Part shown: positions 24,741-36,525 of the stretch, one piece after another | Numbering within the stretch: position 1 is the first letter of the stretch | How the letters are laid out: each line of letters begins with the position of its first letter | From: Lama glama | Lineage: Eukaryota | Assembly (NCBI GenBank): GCA_028534125.1 | Contig: CM052825.1 | Span: forward strand, 992,001 to 1,056,000 | Length of the DNA stretch: 64,000 bases | Reading direction: 5' to 3' | The notes under the pieces: model-generated | What the model was told of the DNA's origin: nothing | The model's input: only the letters and a program-made list of their open reading frames with translations | Databases searched by the model: none | Position numbers and translations under genes: made by a program

Positions 24741-26459
24741 GGAGGGAGTGGGCATGAGGCCCAGCCTGGCCAGACGGGCTCAGAGCGGGTCCCCAGGCAG
24801 CTCAGGTGGACCCCAGGCTGGAGTCCCCGGGGGAGCTGGTCGCCTTCCCTGGGCTCCCGGGCTCCCAGCCCTCCTCGCAGCCCAGTTCTGCAGGGCCTGG
24901 CCCCGACACACAGACACAGCTCTGGGCTTCCTCACATCCCCTCGTGCTGGGCCCTCCCCAGGCTCAGGCTGACCTGGTCGGTGATCTAGGGCTAGCCATG
25001 CAGGTGTGGGCAGGCTGGACGCCCCCAAAGGGGGAGGATGGCGGGGCCAGACCCCTCACACACCCCTGTGCCTTTGCAGGGGCCGGGCCCGCGGGCCTGG
25101 GGAGAGGCCGAGCTGGCGGTTTTCTCCCCGTTTTGCACGTGAGGAGAGTGAGGCTCAGAGCGGGGTCAGGAGCGGTGCTCTGGGAAGAACTTACATCGGG
25201 GGAAACCACGGTGTCTCAGGTGAGAGCCAGGCCTGCTGCCCCGGCTGGTGTCCCCCCTACTCAGTGAGACCCCCTTCAGCCGGGCTGAGGCCGACCAGCG
25301 AGGCAATGCAGGGCAGGTGGTGAGGGGGAGGAGAGACCCCAGCGTCCAAGAATTTGGCCAGCCTCCCAGGGTCGGGGTGTATGTGGGGACAGGCTCCGGG
25401 CCCCCCAGGAGCCACAGAAAGAGCCGCCAAGGGCCCTCCTGGCAGAGAGAGGGCTGGGGAGGTGGGTGAGTGGGGTGAGGTCTGCTGGGCGATGGCTCCG
25501 GATTCGGGGGAGCGGCCCCGCAGCCACAGAGCGCTGCCTGAGGCGCTCTGATGACGGCTCCGTGTCAGAGCTGGCCCCGTGGCTGTCGCCTGCACGGCAG
25601 CTCGGGCGGCCCCGCGCCAATTAAAGACGAGCCGAGCATATTGTTAGTTTCCAACTCGTCAGGAATCCAATTAGGGGCATCTTAGATCCACTCGAGCGGT
25701 TCTGCCGGCCACCCGTGCTGGAGAGCGGGGGCTGGGGCGCAGGCTGCACGCTGACGGGCTGTCCTGGAGCTTGGCCAGGCAGGGGCTGGCTTACACTGGC
25801 CCAGCTGGGCAAGTTCCTGGCACAGCCAGCGTGCCGAGGGCCGTGGTCCCCTGACTGGTCAGTGCGGATCTCGGCACGGTGGCCTTTCTCCTGGTGGGGG
25901 GGTGCGCCAGACCGATCGGAGGGCCACAAGGAGGCAGTCCCAGTGTTGTGTTTCCGTCAGACTCGGCCCTGAGGGGCTATCTGTCTACCCCTCCAGTGCC
26001 GCTGGGAGACACCCTAGACAGGGATCTAGTCCAGACCCTAAAGTGGACTTGAATCCGCTCCATTCCAGCCAAGTGGCCATTGACTCGGGCCCCTTTTATG
26101 ACAAAGAGGGCACGTCTCCACCCATCGCAGCTTGCTCCTTGTGTCCGCCAGGGTCCTTATTTGCAAACAAGACACCTGGCTTGAATTTGCTGAGACAAGG
26201 AAGGAACTTCCTGGAAGGAAGGATTCTGGGGTTTCACACACAGAAGGAAGGCTCAGATGCCGCCACCCTCTCCGCCGCCCATCCCTGCTACTCCGCACAC
26301 ACAGCTGCTCCCACCAGGGCGCGGTGGGCAACCGGGGCACACAGCCGCTGAGAACCCGCAGCCCTCCCTCCCACCCCGGCTGCCTCAGAGGGGACGCGCT
26401 CGTCTTCCGCCCACTCCAGTGGGGAGGTCTTGGGGAGGGCTGTGACAGTCCGGCTCGGT

Positions 26460-26585
26460 CAGGGCGAACTGTGTCCTCCCCAGACTCCTAGGTCAAAGCC
26501 CGAATGCCCAGGACCTCAGCACGTGACTGCATTTGGAGACAAGGGCTTTTAAGAGGCAGTGAAGTTAAAATGAGGCTGGTGGGCT
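26460..26585 (+). mobile_element. MLT1 LTR 5' fragment
   Basis: 'gaactgtgtcctccccagactcctaggtcaaagcccgaatgcccaggacctcagcacgtgactgcatttggagacaagggcttttaagagg...gttaaaatgagg'. Confidence 0.75.
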
Positions 26586-26699
26586 GTCCCAGACCTTCCC
26601 TCCTGAAGGGCCTGGGCTGTGATTAGTCCAGTCCTGTGATTCCCCGCGGATGAAGTTTGCAGGGAGGTGGCAGCTTCCGTTAAAGCTGCGCGGTTCAAG

Positions 26700-27060
26700 T
26701 TTACTCACTCATTTATCTAATATTCACGGAGTCTGCTGTGTGCCGGGCAGTGTTGTCTACGTAGCTGGAGAGACAGGCAGGAAACAAGACCATTCCAGAC
26801 AGCGGGAGGTGTCCTGAAGATGACCCAGCACAGTGTGTGACAGGAGATGACATCAGCAAGGGCAGCCAGAGTGGGTCTCACAAAGGCCATGTGCAGATTA
26901 GAGGATGAGCTTTCTTGGCAGAAGAAACAGCAAGTGCAAAGGCCCTGGGGTGGAAACACATTTAGTGTGGATCCATGTGGCCACTGGAGCTTGAAGAACT
27001 GAGAGCAAGAATGTGGAAAAGAAAGCCTCGTAGTTCACGGTAGGGGGGGCGTGAGAAGCC
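26700..27060 (-). mobile_element. L2 LINE 3' end
   Basis: 'tcactcatttatctaatattcacggagtctgctgtgtgccgggca...aaacagcaagtgcaaaggccctgggg'. Confidence 0.75.
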
Positions 27061-28619
27061 AGCAGGGTTTAAGCTGGGAGGCACGGGATGTGTGTTCTGA
27101 GAGACTGAACTGACTTCCCGCTGGGGACGAAAGGTGGGAAAACACGGCAGTGCGGAGACCAGGGTGTGGCCGCCAGCGGGAGGCGGGGGCTTGGGGGCTA
27201 TTAGACTTGCTCCTGGCCTGGGCGGGGAGGTGGGGCGGGCTGGGAAGTGGGAATGACAGAAGGTTCTGGCCTGAGCTGCTGGGAGAGCTGGTCCTGCTGC
27301 CGGGATGCGGGGAGCGTGCAGCTCTGTTCGGGGGCATCGTGTGAGCGGACCTGTGGGAAGGGCAGTTGGGTCTGAAAGCTGGGAGAGGCTAGGGCGGGAA
27401 TGGAGGAGGGAGCGGGGCTCAGGCAAGTAAACCCTCAACCCTGCGGCGTCGCCCCCATGTAGGGGCAGGAGATTTGAGCCAGGGAGGCGGTGGTGGGGAG
27501 AAGGGAGCACCCAGGTTTGAACCCAGGCTCAGCTCCTCCCTGCGGAGTGTGGCCTCATGGGAGCCCTGTGTCCTCACTGGACCTCAGTTTTCTCACCTGT
27601 GAAGTGGGAGCACACCCAGTTTTCTAATGTTGCTCTGGTTGGATTTATCCCCTTTGTCTGCATGCTGTGTGCCTGTGGTTTGTTCAGGAAGTATTCCCAC
27701 ACCCAGAGACGGTAGACAAGTCCGCCCTGTGCACTTGGGTCTCTACCGAGGGGGTGCGCTCTGCCGTGTGCAAGGCGGGACTCATCGGGGGCTGCCCTCC
27801 ATTTAGTGGATCGTTGCTTAATAGCCTTGCTCTTCCCCCTGCTGAGCACAGCCACCCTCTCCGCACGATGAACGGAGTGTTGGGGTTTCTGGAAGCCCTG
27901 GGGGAGGGGAAAATGTAGAGGGGAAGGGAAGTGAGATGGCCTGGAGGGAGCAAGGTGGCCCCCGGGGGGTTGGGATGCGGGACGGTGCGGCAGGGGCGGT
28001 TCCTGGGGGAGGGGCTGGGGACACACTACACAGGTCGTGGGAAAGGACACTGTCTAGGGGCGGGCGGCACTTGGGTGTCTCTGTTCTCTGACAGCAGCTT
28101 CCTTGGCTCCAAACCTTCCGATGAGCCTCCTGTGCACATGGGAGCCTTGTTCGAGGGCTGGGCCTCCAGCAGTGGGCACAGCACAGGTCCCAGAGTCAGG
28201 AGGCCCCGCTGCCCTGCCCCGGGGACTGAGGCTGGGCGCTGCCCCCGCCCCCGGCCTCCTGTGGGCTCCCCACCTGTGAAGCGAGGTGGGTGTGGGGCAG
28301 GGCCGGAGGGCTCAGTGCCCTTGGCCTCAGCCCCAGCCTAGCCGTCCACCTGCTGGCGAGGGGCACCCAGTCCCAGGGCCGAGGCCCATGGAGGAGCCAC
28401 ACTGAGAGTTAGAAGAGTGAGGACCAGGCCTGGGACTCCGGGTTCCCGGCTGGGGCCTCCCTTCCTGTGCAGGCAGCGGCCCCAGCCCGTGGGGAGCGGA
28501 CACTCAGAACCCCTGGTGGCGCTGAGCCCTGAATCTCCTTCCCGCCGGACCCCTCCTCACGCAGCCGCCGCTCCGGCCGCACCCACAGAGCTGCCAGCCC
28601 AGGGCCCCGGGCTGGGAAA

Positions 28620-29002
28620 TGTTCTCTCCCCGGGCGGGCGGCTGAAACAAGGCAGCGCAGGTGGAGCAGCTGAGACGGCGCGGACCACTCCCGCAGCCCC
28701 GGAGGCTGGAGCCTGCGGTCAGGGTGTCGGAGGCGATCGCCCGAGGCCGCCCTCCCCGGGGCGCAGGCGGCAGTCCTCCACCTGTCCCCACGTGCTCGGG
28801 CCTCTGTGTATGCCTGCGCCCTAATCTCTTCTTGTCAGGACCCCAGACGTGCTGGCCTAGGACCCACCCTAGTGACCTCGTCTCGCCTTAATTCCCTCTC
28901 TAAAGATTTCACCTCCGAGCACAGTCGCAGGCCGAGGTACTGAGGCTGGGCTGCAGCGTGTGGGTTGGTGGTGGAGGTGGGGGGCACAGGCCAGCCCCTC
29001 AA
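28620..29002 (-). mobile_element. MLT1 solo LTR, GC-shifted
   Basis: 'cctaatctcttcttgtcaggaccccagacgtgctggcctaggacccaccctagtgacctcgtctcgccttaattccctctctaaaga...gaggtactgagg'. Confidence 0.75.
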
Positions 29003-29374
29003 GGGCGGACAGCGAGGAGCTTTTAGAGAGGGTGGGGGTGGGCTCGGGGCTGAAGGGACCTGGCCCTGTTGCCTGCGCTGAGCTTTTAGGGGGCTCTGGG
29101 GTATGGGGGTGTGCAGGGTGTGACGTACGGGTCCTGGGGCGTGCTGCGTGGGGTGATGGGGTGTGGGGGGGAGGCCGGTCCACTGGGGCAGTGGCAGCAC
29201 TGGGGGACCTTCCTGCCCCAAGGGGGAGGCGGCACACCGTCCCCAGGCTACAAAGCGGAGTGGGAAGAGCAGGGAGAGCCCTGGGGGCCACACGACCACA
29301 AGGACGAAGACAACGACTTGGGGGGAACTTCGAGGTGCCGTACCCGGGGGTGGGTGGCCTGAGAGCCGGCCCCT

Positions 29375-29375
<1 letters not shown>

Positions 29376-29439
<64 letters not shown>
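29376..29439. repeat. Perfect (CA)32 microsatellite
   Basis: 64 nt of uninterrupted CA. Confidence 0.97.
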
Positions 29440-29441
<2 letters not shown>

Positions 29442-30209
29442 GAGGAGCTCAGACCCACCTCTGCAGGGAGGAGGGAGGCCACGTTCTGCGCTGGGAATCA
29501 GCACCTCAGGGCCGACCTTCAGCCAAGTTACAGAGATTCGTAAATCGTCCTGCCCTTGCGCACTCAGCTCGGGCCCTGCGCACTGTCCGCGTCCCCCTGC
29601 TTCTCCTGGGGTCTGCGCACGTTCCCCAGAGCCTGGGCTTCTGCCGCCGAGAAAGACCAGGCCCCTCCAGGCCAGGAAGGGGAAGGCCTGGAGTCACAGG
29701 AGGCCAGTGTCGCCTCCCCCAGGTGCCCCTGCCGGCTGCAGAGCTAGGCCGCCGCGTGGTGGCCAGGAGGGGAGGGGCCCCCCCGCCTCTCTCTGGGGCC
29801 TGTAATTGGATCTGGAGCCTGAGAGCTTTGGCCTGAGGGCTGGGTGGATGTGGGGATCTTGGGTCTCAGGGCCCCTGGGCTGAGCCCGGGTGGAGAGAGG
29901 CAGGCGGGGGCCCGGCACTCTGCGGCCGGGCAGAGGCCAGGAGGGCCCAGGGCGCAGAAGCCTCGGTGGCCTGCACCCTGGTCCTCACGGGCCCCTCCAG
30001 CTCCACGCGGGCCCTGTGTCAGCCCGCCCGCTCCCGTCCTCCGTCATCAGGAGATTAGGCGTGGGCAGCCCTGCACGGCCGCAGGGGCCCTAGGCATTAG
30101 GCCTCTCCTCTGACCTTGAGGGGATTTGGCCGGGGCATCGGGGCAGGGCAGGGAGGTAGAGGACAGGCCCAGGCCGGGGCCAGCCCTGCGGTCACTCACG
30201 TGCACCCTG

Positions 30210-30420
30210 TTACCACAGGTCCCAGACGGTGGCCCAGACCCGGGCTTTGTCTGAAAAGTAGAATATTAAACAAAACAAAAAATATTAGAATCATCTGCCA
30301 AGATTTAAAATGGAGAAATTTTACATTAAAATCTAATGTCTAGCTTTTTTGAGGAAACAGAAGGAAATCAAAGACCAGGTGACAGTGGGCTCTGTTCCGG
30401 TTCTGCTCAGGCACTCCAAG
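30210..30420. mobile_element. MER102-like hAT DNA transposon relic
   Basis: 'tttaaaatggagaaattttacattaaaatctaatgtctagcttttttgaggaaacagaagg...ccaggtgacagtgggc' resembles the MER102 core as I recall it. Confidence 0.5.
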
Positions 30421-30499
30421 TCCCAGCTACCTCCGAGGAAGAGCCCATCAGAGCCTCACGCCTCCTGGCCCTGCCGGCATGTCCCCACCACATCCCTGC

Positions 30500-30735
30500 C
30501 TCCCCTGTGCTCTTTCTGTCTCAGACGCACCACCCCTTGCTTCCTCCAGCTTCGAGACCTGCTGCTGCCTCAGGGCCTTTGCACTTGCTGCTTCTACTTG
30601 GCTTGCTGCCAGCTCCCACCTCGTGTCACTGGGGTCTTGACTGTCACGTCACCTTCTCTCCTGCATCTCCCTCTCCTCTGCTTTGTTTCCTGTGTCACTC
30701 GTCACCAGGTGACACTCTGTCCTGCTTATTACAGG
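30500..30735 (+). mobile_element. L2 LINE fragment
   Basis: 'cctgctgctgcctcagggcctttgcacttgctgcttctacttggcttgct' is a diagnostic L2 block. Confidence 0.7.
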
Positions 30736-31239
30736 GCTCTGGCTGAGAGACTGCTGGCTGAGATGGGGCTGGCGGCTTCTCCGCGGGGCCTGGCCTTCTT
30801 CACAGTTTCGGGACCGGGAAGCATCTGGCAAGACCACCCGGCACAGACCTGGCCCAGAAAGGACATGAACTGTCCTGCTGCACACTGTTGGCTGGAGGAG
30901 ACACAGATCCTTCCCAGATTCAAGAGGCTTTGCCTGAGGAGGGAACATGGACACGTTCGAAGGGAGAGGCGCTCAGAGCCCTGCCGAGCACCTGGGACGG
31001 GAGTGCTGCTGCAGTGGTTTTTAGGCAGCACAGTCGGCCACAAGCGAGTCTCAGAATCCGTGGTGCTCAGTGAAGCCTTGGCGCTGGGTGGCTGGCTGCC
31101 CGCTGTGGGCCTGGTGGACAGGAGCCCTCCGGCCAAAGTTCCTTCTTCCAGTGACCCGCCCCCCCCCCAGGCATCTGAGCTGTTGTGCCCACCTTTAGAG
31201 AACCCTGCATCTCGGGGCTCCCTTATGCCGGTCCCTCAT

Positions 31240-33019
31240 GACACCCCTTTGCAGCCGCCCTCCCCGCAAACTCCAGCCCCAACAGTCGCAGATCCCTTCT
31301 CCGTGTTAGTAGCTCGGACTACTAGTATAAATGTCATCATATAGCACGCAGCCCTGTGTGTCTTTTTAGGACTTTAGGCAAATCCGGGGTAGCACTTGCC
31401 AGGTTGTAGCAGGTGTCAGTGCTTCGTTCCTTTTTTTGTGGCCAAATCATATTCCGTTGTGTGACTAGACCACATTTGCTTACCCATTCACCAGCCGATG
31501 GGCATTTGGGGTATTTCCACCTTTCGTCCGGTGTGAGCAGTGCTGCTATGAGCGTTCACGTGCACGTTTTTGTTTCAACGGCTATTTTCAGCTCCCGTGG
31601 GTCTGTGCCTCAGAGTGGAGTTGCTGGATGGTGCGGTAACTCGATGCTGAGCACGCTGGGACTGCTAGACTGGCTTCCGTGGCAACGGCACCATTCACAT
31701 CCCACCAGCTTGCACGAGGCTCCAACCCTTCCAGCACCTGTTCTTCTCTTGCTTATTGTTACGGTCAGACCGGTGGGCGCAAGTGGTCTCTCACTGCAGT
31801 TTTGATTTGCATCTCCCTGGTGATCAGTGACTGAGCACCTTTTCACATCTTATTGGCCGTTTGAATGTCTTCTTTGGGGAAACGAATGTCTTCTCAGATC
31901 TTCTGCTCAATCTAAAAATTTGGGGTTGTCTTTTAATTCTTGAGCTGGACGAGTTCTTTACAGATTCTGGGTACTAGACCCTTACCAGATATGTTTTGCA
32001 AATATTTTCTCCCATTCTGTGGGTTGTCACTTTTACTTTTCGTGGTGGTGTCCTTTGGGACACAAAAGTTTGAAAATTTGATAAAGTCCAGTATATCTAT
32101 TATTTTGTTGCCAAAAAATTTGGTGTTTGGTGTCATATCTAAGAAACCACTGCTAAATCAAGGGTCATAAAGATTTGCCTCTGTTTCACTCTAAGAATTT
32201 TGTAGATTTAGCAGCCATATTTAGGTTTTTTATTTACTTTGCGTTAAATTTTGTATATGGTGTGAGGTAGGGGTCTGAGTTTGTATTTTTGGGTGTGGCC
32301 CTCCGGTTGTCCCAGAACCATTCATTGAAGAGACTATTTATCCCCCATTGAGTAGTTCTGGCCTGCTGGTGGAAGATCAACTGGCCACGACGGACGGGTC
32401 TCTTCTGAACTTTCAGTGATCATTATGTCTATTCTCGAATTAGCTCCGTGTTGTTTGATTACAGTAGTTTTGTAGTAAGTTTCTAAACTGGAAAGTGTGA
32501 NNNNNNNNNNNNNNNNNNNNNNNNNNNNNNNNNNNNNNNNNNNNNNNNNNNNNNNNNNNNNNNNNNNNNNNNNNNNNNNNNNNNNNNNNNNNNNNNNNNN
32601 NNNNNNNNNNNNNNNNNNNNNNNNNNNNNNNNNNNNNNNNNNNNNNNNNNNNNNNNNNNNNNNNNNNNNNNNNNNNNNNNCTTATTAAGCTTCCCAATCC
32701 ATGAACATGGGATGTATTTCCATTACTCTGGTTTTCTTTCATTTCTTTCAGCAATGTTTTACGGGTTTCTGTGAAGCAGTCTGCATCACCTCAGATACAT
32801 TTGTTATTAAATGTTTTATTCTTTTTGATGCTGCTGTAAATGGAATGGTTTGTTAGTGTGTAGAAACGCTGCTGATTTCTGTGTGTTGACCTTGTATTCT
32901 GCGGCTTTGCTGAATTTGTCTGTTAGCTCTAACAGCTTTTTTTTTTTTTGGTGTATATGGATTTTTAACATTTTCTGTATATAAAATTGTGTCATCTGTC
33001 AATAGAGACAGTTTTACTT
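31240..33019 (-). mobile_element. L1M element (3' UTR back to the RT domain), with assembly gap N 32501-32680
   Basis: Antisense L1 3'UTR and ORF2 blocks. The reverse complement of about 32965-33019 reads VKLSLLTDDTILYTEN, a decayed L1 RT 'VKLSLFADDMILY' motif. Confidence 0.9.
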
Positions 33020-34260
33020 AGCATTTTTTTGAGATTCATTGGTGATGTTGTATCAATAGCTTATTCCTTTTTATTGCTGAGTAGCTTTCCGTTGAATGGA
33101 CATGTCACAATTCATTTATCTGTCCTCCTTTTAACAGACATTTGGGTTGTTTCCAGTTTAGGCTATTGCAAATTGGGCTGCTAGATTATTATGCAAGTCT
33201 TTGTATGGACGTATTTTTTTTAAATTTTTCTTGGGTAAATACCTAGGAGTGGAATGGTTAGATCATGAGGCAGGTGTGTATTGAACTCCCTACTTTTAGG
33301 AATCTGCCAAATTATTTTCCAAAGTGGTTGTACAGTTTTGTACTTACATCAGCAGTGTATGAGAGTTCCAGTTTCTCTAAATCTTCGACTCCTGATGTGA
33401 TTGGTCTTTTTAGTTTTTGTCATTCTAACAGGTGCTTGGAGGTATGTCATTGTGACTTCAATTTGTATTTCCCAAATGACCAGTAACCTTGAGCATCTTT
33501 TCAGTGCATATTTGCCATTTGTACATCTTCTATGTGAAGTGTCTATTCGTAGCTTTTGCCCATTTTTAAGCTGACTTCTTTGTTTCCTTATTGTTGAATT
33601 TTGAGACTTCTTTATGTATTCTGTGTCTGTATCTTTTATCAGATAAGCGGTTTGCAAATACTTCCCCTCCATCTATGAGCTGTCCTTTCATTGTCTTTAC
33701 AGCTACCTTTGAAGAGCAGGCTTTTTTAACTTTGATGATACCCAGTTCATTCATTTTTAGTTTTTGAATCATGCTTTTGATGTCATATCTAAATAATCCT
33801 TACTTAAGCAGAGGTCACAAAGATTTTCTCCTATGTTATCTCCTAGAAGTTTAATAATTCTAGGTTTTACACTTGGCTCTATGATCCGTTTTGAATTATA
33901 TGTTTTACGGAGTGTGAGATATGGATCAACCGGGTTTTTGTTTGTTTGGTTTTTGTGTATGGCTATCCGAGTGTTCCCGTATCACTGGTGAAATGACTGT
34001 CTTTCCTCCGCTAAGTTGCCTGTGTGCCTTTGTCGGAGGCTGGCCGTCCGTGCAGGTGTGTGCTTCTGACTCTGTCCCGTGCCGTGGGTCTACATGTCTA
34101 CGTTTAGATCCTGTCTTGTTAGCTACAGCTTTATAACCTGTCTTTTCATCTTGTGGAGTCAGTGCTCCAACTTGGTGCTTTTCCTGTTGTTTCGCCTCTT
34201 CTGGGTCTTTTGCGTTTCATATGAATTTGACAAATGGCTTGTCGATTTCTAAAAACAAAG
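33015..34260 (-). mobile_element. Second L1M element (3' UTR and ORF2 3' part)
   Basis: Sequence restarts at an L1 3'UTR ('acttagcatttttttgagattcatt...ttcctttttattgctgagtag') and repeats the ORF2 C-terminal blocks already seen at 31.4-32.3 kb. Confidence 0.9.
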
Positions 34261-36121
34261 CAAAAGCTGGCCCAGGCCGCACAGGCCTCTGACAGTCGGC
34301 AGCTGATATGGGTTACGTTGTTTCCTCTCCTGCGGGCTGATCTTTCCAGGAGCTTCTCCTGCTTTCCCCTGACGTGGTCCACTCCAAACCACTGCGTCCA
34401 CTCTAGACCGACTTACTCAGGTGTGTTGTCCCCTGTACAGAGACACCAGGCCACCAGCATCGCCCACTGAGTTTCTCAGAGCAGGGGATCATTGCTTACT
34501 CTGCAACCCCCAGAGAGCCCAGTGGAGCTGGCTACGTGGGAGAGTTTTCCTAAGGCTTTGATCGTATTTCCACACAAGTCCATTACAGTACGGACTAGAA
34601 CAGGGAGCTAACGAGGATGTCTAATGCTGTCAGTTCCCACCCATCCACCTACCCACCCATCCTTCACCCACAGCCGTCTCTCTTCCCATCCTCCTGGCCC
34701 CCCACCCATCTCTTCCTGATCAGCAACTATACTAGACACCAGGGTTCAGAAACATCTTCCCGGCCCTAGGTTTCTCTGCCTTTAAACGAGCAGGTTGGAG
34801 GGACTGATTCCCCAGAGCTCTGCACACTCTGTTTTCCTTTGACTTCTGCGCAAGGACAGTCAGCACCTCAGGCTGACAAGGTTACAGCGTTTCCACAGGA
34901 AGGATGAGGAGCTGGGCCAAGTGAGGGAGAGGGCCTCTTGCCCACTGACTCCGGCACAGACACTGATTACCACTTGCCCCTGTGTGAGCCAAGATCCCAG
35001 GAACTGAGGGCCCCGTGACAGGGCGGGCGCAGGGGGCATCCCAGAGACGGCCCCTCCTGGCTGCGGGCGGTATTCCCTGGGCGCCCAGAGTCTCCCTCGC
35101 TGTCTGTGTCCAGCGGGAGCCTCCTGCTGGCCCAGTAGCCACGGTACCCTAGGTGGCAGTGGCTGAGCACGGAGGGCTAGGAGGCCAGCAGTGGGGGGCA
35201 CTCGGGCCCGAGGGGCAGAGCAGGGGCCCCAGGAAGCCTCAGGTCTATTTTACCCCAAGGCGGGGCCAAGGGTGTCTAAAGCGTCTGGGGTGACATCATC
35301 AAGACCTGCTCTGGCTGCTGCCTCCCTCACTGCACCTGTGCCCACCCAGAGCTGTTTGCGGCCGACACCTGTGCCCCTGGCCAGGCCATCCTGGGGGAGG
35401 CCTCCGAGGTGGAGGGACGGCTAGGGTGGGGGCGTGGAGGAGGTGGGTGACCCCTTTCCCCTCTGCCCAGGCTCCTCTGCCTGGTGCCCGGGGCTGCCCT
35501 GACGCCCCCGCAGCCTGGGCCCAGTTGTGACACTGTACAGTTTGGAGTTAATAACAGAGGTTTTTATCTCTTCCGCAGTTTTCTTGTTGCTCTGTGGCCT
35601 CTGCCCGTTGAATCGGGGCCCCGGCTGCCTCAGGGGGGAAGCAGACACAGCTAAGAACAAAGAAATCAATTGACTTTCTGGAATGAATTTTTAAAAACTC
35701 GCAGCAGAGGCAATATTCTGAAAGCGCAGAGGATGTCTTTTGCAAGAGCAGGGCTTTTTGAGAGAGGAAGCGTTTTTTGAGTGAAAACATAGACTTTATT
35801 GCATAAGCTGCAGATGGGGGAAACCGTGGGAGGGCGTTTTCCTGCTGAAAGGGGCAATAACGGGACTGGGGGTGGCAGAGAAGGGGCGTCCGAGCCCCCC
35901 ACCTGGCCCCGGCCTGGGTGAAGCCACGTGGAGGTGGCTGATGGGAAATCTGGGTAAGTCTGGGGACTCTGGGTGTGTGAGACCTGCATTTGCCCCATGT
36001 CTTCATAAAGAAGCCCCGCCTGACAGCATCATGATGGCCCCCAGGGAGCAGCCCCCAATCGTCACTGCTCAAAAGAGGCTATTGTTGTTATTATTGTTTC
36101 TGGTTCGCAAAGCAGATGGTT

Positions 36122-36525
36122 TGTGTATTAGTTATCTACTGCTGCATAACAAATCACCCCAAAATTCAGTGACGTGAAACAACACGGATTATCTCCTGTA
36201 ATTTCTGCAGTGAACAATTTAGAAGTTGCCTAGCAGGGTGGGTCCAGCTCAGGGTCGCTCACGAGGCTGCATCTGAAGGCTCAACTGGGGCCAGGGGATC
36301 CCGGTCCCGCCCTGGCTGTTGTCTAAGGGCTTCAGCTTCTTTCATGTGGCCCCTGCACAGGCTGCTGAGTGTCCTCACAGCACAGCAGGGGACTTCCCCG
36401 GAGCTGGTGACCCACGAGAGCTGAGAGGGAAAGCGCCATGCTTTGTGGACTGGCCCTGGAAGTCAGCCCCTCAACGCAGGCAGAGACGGGACAAGGGTGT
36501 AAATACCAGAAGGGGTTCATCCTGG
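36122..36525 (-). mobile_element. MLT1 LTR
   Basis: Terminus 'tgtgtattagttatctactgctgcataacaaatcaccccaaaattcagtgacgtgaaacaac' and 'catctgaaggctcaactgggg'. Confidence 0.85.

Noticed and set aside
27165-28360. CTCF-like motifs (gccagcgggaggcg near 27171; gccagcaggtggac on - near 28345)
   Set aside because: Partial matches are expected frequently at this GC content; a PWM scan and conservation are needed.
31050-31070. REST/NRSE-like TCCGTGGTGCT
   Set aside because: The CTGTCC half-site is broken (GAATCC) and the TGAA end is mismatched; too weak to call.
30349-31344. 331-aa ORF on +
   Set aside because: Begins at a TTG, crosses MER102-like, L2 and L1 relics, and has no protein-like features.
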